Source of the DNA: Candidatus Omnitrophota bacterium
GTDB lineage: Bacteria; Omnitrophota; Gorgyraeia; Zapsychrales; Zapsychraceae
Assembly (NCBI GenBank): GCA_028280285.1
Contig: JANQMA010000017.1
Coordinates: 64,993-128,992 of the forward strand
Length of the DNA stretch: 64,000 bases
Direction: 5' to 3'
Shown here: positions 19,301 to 23,192 of the stretch, in pieces
How the letters are laid out: every line of letters starts with the position of its first letter
How positions within the stretch are numbered: position 1 is the stretch's first letter
Notes under the pieces: model-generated
The model's database searches: none
What the model saw: only the letters and a program-made list of their open reading frames with translations
What the model was told of the DNA's origin: nothing
Position numbers and translations under genes: made by a program

Positions 19301-20180
19301 CGATGGAGGTGTTGGTAAAACATTACGCGATCATTTTAATGAGTTTTCAAATTTGTTTGAAGCGCAAGTGTGGTCGCCTGGTTTGTATACATTGGCTGTT
19401 AGAGATTTTTCATGGACAGAAATAGTAGAGCATCATAGAGCAGATATGCTGAAAAGTATAGATGGTATTATGAATGGATCACTTAAAAATTTTGAAAATA
19501 TGTCGCAGTTAAAGAATTTTTTATGGTTGGTTTATAATTTTATGACGCAGATCAATATTTATCGCAATTTAGCTTCTTTCGATGAACTATTTGAAGAATT
19601 TTTAGAAAAGATGAAGCAATATAGCGACCGGGGAAAAGAATTTGAGAATCCTACAACATATGACCTTCGAGAAGTTAGATTGATTTATTATGTTTTAAAA
19701 GAAGATGTTAATGCAGAAGAAAACAGAAAAAAATTATCTGATACTTTAGAAAATATTAAAATAATTGTTGAAGAGATTGAACATAGAATTGAGCTTAAAT
19801 ATGAATCATTGAAAAAAAATGGTATGGAAGCTGATAAAGAACTAGATAAAATTTTTGAATCTGTAGAAGATGATTTGGGAGCTTTGACGAATATTAAGAG
19901 CTTCGAGCTTCGAGCTCCGAGCTCCGAAGTAGGTGGTATCGACCTTGACTCCAAACACCTTGACCTTCAAATCAAACGTGATGGGCGTGGTGTGGCGCTG
20001 CCGGTTCACATGCAAGATATTCCGAATATTCAGATCGATGGGCTTTATCCGGTGATTATCAATATCACGCCGGTGACCACCGTGCCGCTTATTTTCAGCC
20101 AAATCCTTGGGGAGCAAGGGGATACAGATCACGCCTCAGTAACAGATTATCCGCAGTTGTCGTATGCCATTAAAGAGTAG
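4362..20180 (+). CDS. Giant secreted/surface protein (5272 aa), modular, with repeated ASLG...DAAGL linker motif and three SAM-methyltransferase-like Rossmann modules
   Basis: Single uninterrupted ORF 15.8 kb; N-terminal signal peptide (hydrophobic core + AQAQV); 12 in-frame linker repeats; repeated modules with (I/V)LDWG(F/G)G(D/A)GT motif I-like sequence. Confidence 0.85.
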   Translation: MIIKSRLKVIINKVLVSVVLTAFIMTSIVPVNFAQAQVTPPMALPAVGTLVPLSSAHTPVHLLGLTVSPDNPLAFDFLIHSGDNPPAEQTLKQEADTLIRYFLASLTIPEKDMWVNLSPYEEDRIIEDNFARTAMGRDLLAEDYMLKQLTASLLYPDGDIGKVFWRRVRQKAEALGLKDIPTETFHKIWITPESATVFEDGQTAYVVESKLKVLLEEDYLAYSEQRIANSSAQQSVDNSLNAKRHTLNADLMREVIIPEITHEVNYGAHFARLRQIYGAMVLATWFKQNLKQTLLGQIYADQSKVKGIDTVKEDAHKRIYAQYIDSIKKGAYNLIKEDYDPVAQRIVARKHFSGGFAPDAAAITTVKTESLNAADVTTQKQINDFAFNFDAAVAQKEVFNVQTSLAESKEDPAAMKGVIDSAVMNVQQQDGDYITQLDKTADAAGLSRKIQDLRTMPTATLQAYFSILKSDFMTGRTKYTYRQHSSILSEYWSKLSEHESELSNEKFYLQDRVGRFLDVTKYLEDLDQRGIKKIKLNGVDIFHHLSNLSEPGLNQEKMLEDILQSFAELKMIRPRTDPDQNKISNSIEFKEREIKHIFLASPDVNQFAPQEPLVLSVLLHQDGDFEIVEGFDITNEDSLRIVLEKGQRPSFHYPLPSRLGDSIRISLDPNDENSLVFDRLEAPTELVHFALTADAASLHHSARGRMRLSLDDFSLYTSLLNENLQSKYLWHIIIQLARHDLLTKGFWSNVLDFSESFIAYDGQELFNMLKESFTKKGHLYPQEYLAHAINSLATIKRLAHNHSNTFEFKPGETQNIVMKVIGNDKVEPFVLTARYDRQRQQFAFKRPSSNTEEVVSMNRKQIFEILDFYRIELRPRLSEDGWTAMLEMTNAHTYRELFTYAFTPQYPLVSVPSGLLWDYLTYLGQNKRKLYKTLGIFSVNVLLPVVFEGQKLKDINFDGKNLLSFDVRWPQYQFRPLMDTLKEKQLHDLKRNSNSAVDTYVFSKEVFNKLGIVNRSDDFHAIFDTLNSLRFVNHHQSSKQHALIPVSDKPKNVHIILRENENTQKELMDATVSKLADDLLSLSFNDKSVTDLVIIQDQQIRLTIDNEITLILRQIKGNLQITYITNDQSMRDIFRFTVGFDSASLGKEKDLVGVKGVDEDAENITISQFLENAPNTMVAAFKNGFKNRTDHFGLLKRLNNNEMTAKWILMADKVLRETAGAEITYRDFSLIDFLKQKGFSKLRRNTMFSPDLFITMDGKKYIGVYVGSKGLKSTLGQFSLSSVKRKWYKKILQMDGSGLEGIILLMDTDTPEYPVRELTPINEMKGFYAFPLFEKALIEAHHRKDDLIGFPSLLYAHNFNYAESYLNDLISDVHNSIALISRINYFSPQELADFKKDVAYYEARAQQYLNYAKEGFKEHRKVFDKYIKEYKQRKIPGIYKLEEMIFTRNIDIGNVLVTSLFVLQTAKTLEQLGFDIIEFETNLNRSTKPDIIVAKNGSKYIVEAHWREVSQSKFFERNSRGFKKPSQKRRYRQYVDAHSDFKGVILSSSYRFQTQKSNVIFKHKNDDKRTKRIFIDISDDQDLIARNIEQSFDEESLGYVDHQLLSDQKKDGFSDYASMSVINENFLKANLKPGKRLESFKDRLADYLNEQILFVQSAKSREKIYDQVDLFLSGIDSLIEEYFLDSIDVDEMLSEYGKELMADLMAAGGVKSVQEAAVLLQRLLVVAFEMNHRFLEFKNNNIKDADTAKRYIDQFLNPGILELARRAEQMYKKLKVAYDNFSVMEESYVQRRGSNESFELMIKRFKDAFFSEYGSETMQKAKASFSKGGVLQKLRDFKFSNDKLTQEQLDVLIEYETVVDEIDQTLRPISKYWEILITFYNDFANDVGAQVIPLNEGPSVSVNFNFHNQFSGLSGERTSLNDAAGLSKQAQAMTKLSLGPLERHLEVLEAFEEKGVLTYSLENYMEVITMGVNPNKIGDLLAAPFYQQTDHYWVRNFTQFIYESVGLEERQSDIRFNAKEIFERVKSDRLLDKNMISAILNDLAEFKYIKNPNYADSKKTFADIEFNPGESRQIFLVNPYSLNIYETITISHDKNSGSFAIAPHANYFSDAENGQDVERAILKKRGKISHEYRLLRSQELGYSIRISLNKKNDNALTFGGVHPKNGLLIFSSVFDEASLGQEDEPADPAVLKQKDIMQLAHFDPDLVARIKTNLFQVSEVPVIRDNPAFSVPFSKEDGFFEGINDLKALMYAVQKMKDSLENISPKLNAEGVGQLSPTIASIQNDFDFLVDVQNRLRLHEGVTDTMFVYKEGLQRLMEIVKFDNRGDLYVVYAGLVMTYLQYKYSNKIIYNDFDPTDSFKLKRFFDVYSMADRFDFPATVVQTINGIGSIADKIKVVRALNAWATMRTLAKGEQTPVYFETETGEQIKTVYLKPISFDASERDKLLMMEVKRDQSNVYSVRQKGKENWQVIEQDAPRTFGLMGVHVTFMIQKKVLHIENNSRHIFIASISESINGKTYDDAMLSEYAARKIIFSAKDFLIMNEILNQDYPDLAKRHRSMLFALVHGTPLTDIWLSRPKRFVEPNANFIVEEARVRAAENRPFNISPIGAKIYLGVDDNEKKKINRSLVADVLNTWGTLIRIHTQAAYSIPVFMEEGETRQLYVVNNETKEFIKLQINQMPGYFEVIDISNGKEGYGYWVFPDHDTENGDNKIYFANGKDYIILDEDQFDQLSVINETNADLTAFAVDQASLGKVVRAEEGRYVIQKNGVNVYSDVTERDMIDVFFNNTPDLERPVAEVALYRNSREDYYISWWGGWAINETSVNDQSQWFDWNTDKSLAVRKNKILYKYELESKINKLIEQRSDSREPLYILDWGFGDGTAIDELAQKFEHIENLYFIGYGMTHDSKWSTFGETFKRKNIIIFDHIWKLEKHLKKILKGNKLALVYSHFGLAHLLRDYPDDAREQIKTLMKYMKNGASLITNYYWNDSLPSKFAKGFRKKTISPNTFSAWAIVEIFNEDAASLGQEDESTDAAGLDMLAYIMSRRVFDPDIAKELEILHAQWANIVDQFINTSKYNKKSQRLVGPTGWTMFKRYGFNKNKELYLEYFQRLGDEGVIDSFSIKVTDGRLKYFAPGLHHHSASFFGQEYATDSAPPRSGSFVVRVYEPFSKELEEEIRKIFGEFLAQYGRTTGFENFVKDFDEGVMPTVGSQIKKNPGEAENIKKAYNDVRDILVRKNKDYWQKLPRLMARLQQILISGIYVKEVIHKDEKRFKDAPPARIYAYGDMGFEDPVAFIQHLNKTTPLVAKLLLGETYLDPTSGIDINDPRIAEVVEEQPYSEQGKPIDEANLGKTGESTDAEPESFDEEIKEDKDQAAITAVDVHGTRVPGGGIIWTRMPAQYFKVLRLRRGGKAYLRESSIKGLVLENALERYRHSDTPLQKVNNHLGIDLVDEIVQLDQLRQRENEPNRVITVLDWGGGSMQAIKDILNELKAQNIKNVRLIGSGHSTYLEWKDIPEGIEVIWDVAQKLHLYIAEGSIDIIYSHYGMYHLDEQLPQYLMYLEKLLSPRAKILIYPLDGDLSEQLPGWKLEIKRKHKNISRLDVKTHKKKFWSGLISRMIWPASQRVSVRNFAPFNYSYEFTPPSRISIKSKGSDPLEGLMISSWSDTPKERIILPKRSMSSLRRRVGGRDFASLERKDEAQIDAAGLDFNGKFSMASYGNNETDVMRLNRITKGKRLIERVQPQHFRLNSAGVNIYSSLQDEEIIDILSILDSEKIARIRLNNRNTTTDYHISWEKPWRMNRTPLDAVDMFAGLKFYELESRVETIINNRQDDAEPIYIFDWGFGAGTALKELSEKFDNIPNIFFIGFGDAYYEDWHTLPSNVIIIYDQAWRLEEHLSKILKGHKIDLAFSHWALSSHFLGDYFGPKRVYFLRLMDFLKPGASFVIDALNDSGAELGIRRDFNVQKIPVSNYYFGDIFEVKNEDSRSLGKEVADQTDAAGLGESVQNSVFGGQPEETDAANFNEYLFLSPELTLDYFVALLSNLGDKTVLSLTVYLLAPYIGAAQLTDEFKLTNPLANTLYDVVVAQLKEMFGKDELYPMDMRGYLDQLPLLSNDIGKHVLESLGSVRAMVHESELKHQPPISIGVGQSKKLILAERYYTDQTDMTTMHLLDVTRLSSNQFKLKAEGIDRQIDLKQESLMGLEMNYLDEQGQPFTMSVKMLFSNNGFQIYYTNDNLDFNTMIFALDYELINFVNEVGEPKPFQDNASLDKENEFQTDAAGLGSSDQWSRGQSEKFDAARLDKQQLKKISNKALGNMFWNDFYRALLLLFDKSITFYSQTDKGIKPYVWHKLVEHDPSVNLSLFAKIAVPGLDNVRVIDSKYDYVMSILDSFNPSAESFTKSMESIKEMLEDDNQQLGLAESKPIAHRHLIRRALYYFTREHDEARENEKKLVEVFDYGAKIINEIKRRNNIAQKTLKSHGVIVDASGAAKLNNGDRWAARPAALQKKPETRVVSDQKKGGDALDLSREKSLQMYPRKTLSNFDSIIHVLFEGYTQKFQSGQNPILWKTHARNLLENVSYYVNEHFIYPEVAMDTFVNKNKEFIEKLIDEGNERYLYSAFLIYKGLATMAAKDLRNIADSDRLFAQPRKNQPVRSFRNQAHKLAPLRRELERLQGRYVELREWAEFNLFFNDKFQKESQIVYAFEHHTQNLINVVGEVGYDGALTYGEVDQYAIQLQGDAYILEGVVRVLHDIKLKVERDSASLGEEVEFQADAAGLDLKNLEEISVDEMKKLFNALFSEVFYALFEGTLWSHEYENYNEIVEYDWERHNDLHNVKNIKVNINSAMTLFALRPNSNKEIDMALRSIDRFKNELRLIDYTNRESELDSLLDQMEGYKDFGLSEDEPIEYALLKPRFFYQALRADPNADENRIKMFTKVNNLKSVINEFKRRLEIEKKNLVVTGSESTDAAGLKSIDKQELRNMTDGGVGKTLRDHFNEFSNLFEAQVWSPGLYTLAVRDFSWTEIVEHHRADMLKSIDGIMNGSLKNFENMSQLKNFLWLVYNFMTQINIYRNLASFDELFEEFLEKMKQYSDRGKEFENPTTYDLREVRLIYYVLKEDVNAEENRKKLSDTLENIKIIVEEIEHRIELKYESLKKNGMEADKELDKIFESVEDDLGALTNIKSFELRAPSSEVGGIDLDSKHLDLQIKRDGRGVALPVHMQDIPNIQIDGLYPVIINITPVTTVPLIFSQILGEQGDTDHASVTDYPQLSYAIKE

Positions 20181-20330
20181 CGGCGAAGCAGTGCCTCTGC
20201 CCTAAATAGTACCAAGTTTTGGGTCGACACATTGGTCGGCTTGTACCTATCGGTGTTGTGAAAAATACTTGCCAAATTTTACACTACATTATATTATTAT
20301 ATAAGATATGTAGTGTAAGGAGTGTGGACT

Positions 20331-20636
20331 ATGATTATTTTACAAGAGATTTTAGCTGATAGCAAAAAGCATTATCAAGAAGTCCGAAAGAAAATTCTCA
20401 AAAATCTTTCTTCGCTTCCCCAGGGGAGTGTCAAAAAACGTAAGATTTCTAAGCGTATCTATTATTATCTCCAACAGAGGGTCGGTTCTAAAATTATTCA
20501 TAAATATTTAGGTAAAGAAGAGCCGGAGGAGTTAATTAAAGAGTTAAAATTACGTAAGTCTTTGAAAGCTGAGCTTAAAAAAGTCGATGAGGCTTTAAAG
20601 GTTATACAAAAAGTCCAAGGCAAAAAGTATGGATAA
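20331..20636 (+). CDS. Small basic protein (cassette 1 gene A), possible antitoxin/regulator partner
   Basis: SD AAGGAG 9 nt upstream of ATG 20331 (ORF-track GTG 20322 less likely); 8-nt overlap with the following gene; lysine-rich C-terminus. Confidence 0.4.
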   Translation: MIILQEILADSKKHYQEVRKKILKNLSSLPQGSVKKRKISKRIYYYLQQRVGSKIIHKYLGKEEPEELIKELKLRKSLKAELKKVDEALKVIQKVQGKKYG

Positions 20637-21309
20637 TGTGATTGCCAAAATTCTGAAAGTTTTTGAAAATAATAATCTATTTGAAGAAGGCGTAGAGCTG
20701 ATTGGAAGCTGGTGTTTTTACTTGTATCAAAAACATTTAAAGGCTCCGAGTTTTCCGCTGCGAACACAGGACATTGATTTTCTAATTCCCAATCCATTTA
20801 AGGGCAAAGAGCATAAAGAGTTTATTCAGCAGTTGGAGGACTTGGGTTTTCAGAGTGAATTTAATCGGAGTGGATCGCTTTACCTTTGGAATGTGGATTT
20901 AAAAATAGAATTTATCACGCCGGCAAAAGGCAGAGGCACGGCCGATGCGGTAAAATTTAAAAAGCTGGGACTAGCGGCCGTACCTTTGAGATTTGTTAAT
21001 CTGTTGCTCAATGATCCTATTTATGTTACGGAGAAGGGAGTAAAAACAGCTCTTCCAAATCCTGCTAATTATTGCCTTCATAAGTTGGTGATTGCTAGCC
21101 GTAGAAAGACGAAGGACAAGCAAATGAAAGATTTACAGCAAGCCATATCTACCTACAGTATTGCTGATAAGAGGTATTTAAAAAAACAATTTAACAACTT
21201 TCCCGAAAAATGGAAAGCTACCGCTGTCAGTATGCTTAAAAAGAATCGAGATCAGCTGCCTCTTTTTGATGCGGAGATAGAGCAAATTTTAATTACACTA
21301 CAAAATTAA
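20629..21309 (+). CDS. Putative minimal-nucleotidyltransferase-fold protein (AbiEii/GSU2403-like) (cassette 1 gene B)
   Basis: GSWCFYLYQ...RTQDIDFLI matches the G[SG]x9-13 DhD nucleotidyltransferase signature; translationally coupled to upstream small gene. Confidence 0.35.
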   Translation: MDNVIAKILKVFENNNLFEEGVELIGSWCFYLYQKHLKAPSFPLRTQDIDFLIPNPFKGKEHKEFIQQLEDLGFQSEFNRSGSLYLWNVDLKIEFITPAKGRGTADAVKFKKLGLAAVPLRFVNLLLNDPIYVTEKGVKTALPNPANYCLHKLVIASRRKTKDKQMKDLQQAISTYSIADKRYLKKQFNNFPEKWKATAVSMLKKNRDQLPLFDAEIEQILITLQN

Positions 21310-21358
21310 TAATTTTATATAATGTAGTGTAAAATTTTTTTATAAGTTTGTTGACAGC

Positions 21359-21472
21359 GCGCCGGTGACCACCGTCCCGCTTATTTTTAGCCAAATTCTT
21401 GAAGATCAACAGGATACAGATCACGCCTCGGTGACGGATTATCCGCAGTTGTCGTATGCGATTAAAGAGTGA
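21359..21472 (+). pseudogene. Displaced duplicate of the 3' end of the giant gene (last ~37 codons, no start codon)
   Basis: ~90% nt identity to 20068..20180; encodes APVTTVPLIFSQILEDQQDTDHASVTDYPQLSYAIKE* versus native PVTTVPLIFSQILGEQGDTDHASVTDYPQLSYAIKE*; 8 synonymous vs 3 nonsynonymous differences. Confidence 0.7.
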
Positions 21473-21579
21473 TTGGTGATTTAGAAAGTATATGATATTA
21501 TAAAATTCTAGTGGCTATTCCTCCCCAAAGTATGCTGTAACTTCAAACTATTCGATTTCCCTTACAATATTAATTTTTG

Positions 21580-21608
21580 ACAAGTATACGTCAATGGCGT
21601 ATACTTAC
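21580..21608 (+). promoter_or_regulatory. Sigma-70-type promoter for the HigBA-like pair with overlapping GTATAC palindromes
   Basis: TTGACA - 17 nt - TATACT; spacer contains GTATACGTCAATGGCGTATAC; followed by ACTTACTAAGTAAG palindrome. Confidence 0.4.
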
Positions 21609-21619
21609 TAAGTAAGGGG

Positions 21620-21943
21620 TTGTGCATGGAGATCATTGAAACGCCAATCTTTACAAAAATGATTGGGGATGTTCTTTCAGATGAAGAATATAGAGAATTA
21701 CAATGGGCATTGTTGCTTAATCCGAAGGTAGGTGTTGTTATCCCTGGAGGTGCGGGATTAAGAAAACTACGTTGGCATTTTTCTGGAAGTGGAAAAAGAG
21801 GGGGATTGCGTGTTATTTATTATTTCTATTCAGAAGACGAAGCAATTTATTTGTTGTTTTCGTATAAAAAATCACAACAAAATGCTTTAACGCGGGCACA
21901 AATAAAAATTCTAAGAGAGTATGTTAAGGGAGGTGTGCTGTGA
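21620..21943 (+). CDS. HigB-like toxin (RelE/ParE superfamily, phage-related COG4679-type)
   Basis: WHFSGSGKRGGLRVIYYFYSEDEAIYLLFSYKKSQQ matches the GxxGGxRVIYY..IYLL..Y.K signature; 4-nt ATGA overlap with downstream HTH gene. Confidence 0.6.
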   Translation: MCMEIIETPIFTKMIGDVLSDEEYRELQWALLLNPKVGVVIPGGAGLRKLRWHFSGSGKRGGLRVIYYFYSEDEAIYLLFSYKKSQQNALTRAQIKILREYVKGGVL

Positions 21944-22230
21944 AAGACAAAGATTTTAACAATTTGTTGACGAGTATTGACCAGGCACGAAAGATACATA
22001 AGGGAAAATTAAAACCAAGCCGTGTTTTCATATTTGATCCAGTGATGGTTAAAAACATAAGGAAAAAATTCAAAGTATCTCAATCTGAATTTGCTTATAT
22101 GATTGGTGTGAGTGTGGCGACTTTGCAAAACTGGGAGCAGGGCCGCCGAAAACCTGATGGGCCGGCATTGGCATTGTTGAAGGTTGCAGAAATGAATCCT
22201 GAAATTGTGATGAAAGCTTTGTATGCGTAA
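21940..22230 (+). CDS. HigA-like antitoxin, XRE-family helix-turn-helix protein
   Basis: SQSEFAYMIGVSVATLQNWEQGRRKP is a canonical XRE HTH; toxin-first gene order typical of HigBA. Confidence 0.65.
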   Translation: MKDKDFNNLLTSIDQARKIHKGKLKPSRVFIFDPVMVKNIRKKFKVSQSEFAYMIGVSVATLQNWEQGRRKPDGPALALLKVAEMNPEIVMKALYA

Positions 22231-22270
22231 GGGGATTGAGGGGCTCAATCCTTGAGGAGAAAAAGGAGGT

Positions 22271-22327
22271 ATGAAAAAAGCGGGTTTGCCTGAATACCCC
22301 CAATTATCATACGCAGTAAAAGATTAG
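22271..22327 (+). other. 18-codon mini-ORF (MKKAGLPEYPQLSYAVKD) = third, more decayed copy of the giant gene's C-terminal tail, preceded by a strong SD
   Basis: AAAAGGAGGT 1 nt upstream of ATG; last 11 residues EYPQLSYAVKD vs native DYPQLSYAIKE. Confidence 0.4.
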
Positions 22328-22395
22328 CCGCACCTCTTGTTGAATACAAAAGAATATGTTATACTCTATTAGAACATAAAAGAGGAGATAATATT

Positions 22396-22638
22396 ATGGC
22401 TAAAACTGTGACCTTAAGGCTTTCGGATGAGGAGTACCAAGCGATCCTTGCCTCCGCTCAAACAGAGCACCGGCCTATTTCTAACTTTATTACACATGCT
22501 GTGTTGGCCAAAATTAATGAATCCTTATTTGTGGATCCTGTTGAGATGAATGAAATTAAGTCTGATAAAGAGTTAATGAAGCGGCTTAAAAGTGGATCTA
22601 GTCAGGCCAAAAAGATGAAGGGAAAGTTTGTTGAGTAA
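22396..22638 (+). CDS. Ribbon-helix-helix (CopG/ParD-like) antitoxin
   Basis: MAKTVTLRLSDEEYQAILASA N-terminal beta-strand/helix pattern of RHH antitoxins; overlaps toxin gene by 11 nt. Confidence 0.5.
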   Translation: MAKTVTLRLSDEEYQAILASAQTEHRPISNFITHAVLAKINESLFVDPVEMNEIKSDKELMKRLKSGSSQAKKMKGKFVE

Positions 22639-22909
22639 TTTTCGCATATTTGAGACAGATCAATTTGCAGAAGATTTAGAACAAGATTTTTCCGGACAGC
22701 GTGAACGCATCAAAAAGAAGCTCCAAAGTTTTGTCTATCCACAGCTTCGTGATCAGCCTTATTTCGGTAAAAACATTAAAAAGTTACGTAATTTCTCTCT
22801 GGAAACCTGGCGATATCGCATAGGCGGGTTTCGGTTTTTTTATGAAATTGATGAGGAGCAAAAAATTGTTGTTATGATTGCGGCGAGCAATCGGGAAGGT
22901 GCATATTAA
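22628..22909 (+). CDS. RelE/ParE family toxin
   Basis: WRYRIGGFRFFYEIDEEQKIVVMIAASNR matches RelE/ParE C-terminal signature; TTG start overlapping antitoxin. Confidence 0.6.
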   Translation: MLSNFRIFETDQFAEDLEQDFSGQRERIKKKLQSFVYPQLRDQPYFGKNIKKLRNFSLETWRYRIGGFRFFYEIDEEQKIVVMIAASNREGAY

Positions 22910-22941
22910 AAATAGAAATATATTTATCGAGGTATGTTTAA

Positions 22942-23106
22942 ATGGAAATTGATAGATCAGATCAAGGACGTATTGCGGAAAAGGTCATGAAAGAGGCTGT
23001 CAAAGAAGCGATTGAAGAGCAGCTCAAAAGAGGGGTTCCTGCCGTATTTATGCGTGATGGTAAAATCTGCTACCAAATGCCGGATGGGCGCATTGTCGAG
23101 GCCTAG
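22942..23106 (+). CDS. Small ORF (54 aa, MEIDRSDQGRIAEKVMKEAVKEAIEEQLKRGVPAVFMRDGKICYQMPDGRIVEA), unknown
   Basis: Not in ORF track (below length cut-off); GAGGT 7 nt upstream of ATG; antisense 63-aa ORF 22957..23148 is the alternative. Confidence 0.25.
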   Translation: MEIDRSDQGRIAEKVMKEAVKEAIEEQLKRGVPAVFMRDGKICYQMPDGRIVEA

Positions 23107-23192
23107 CCGATTCTTCCCTATTATTATATCTCCACCCATACCACACAATATTTGCTTGCATTCCAGGGGACTTTTGTTAGAATATCCGTCTC

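Larger units (their letters stand above)
20277..21334. mobile_element. Cassette bounded by perfect 13-bp terminal inverted repeats (TTTTACACTACAT ... ATGTAGTGTAAAA) carrying two genes; no transposase
   Basis: Left TIR 20277-20289, right TIR 21322-21334 are exact reverse complements; extra internal copy ATGTAGTGTAAGG at 20308-20320 overlapping the SD of the first cargo gene. Confidence 0.4.

Noticed and set aside
5337-19954. Many 60-100-aa antisense or off-frame ORFs inside the giant gene (e.g. 5337..5546 -, 6048..6317 -, 10543..10767 +, 19688..19954 -)
   Set aside because: Entirely nested in a long ORF with coherent repeat structure; no start signals; typical shadow ORFs.
22957-23148. 63-aa - strand ORF between the RelE-like gene and glyQS
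   Set aside because: No RBS and no similarity to any known family; the overlapping + strand 54-aa ORF has a better start context, though neither is certain.
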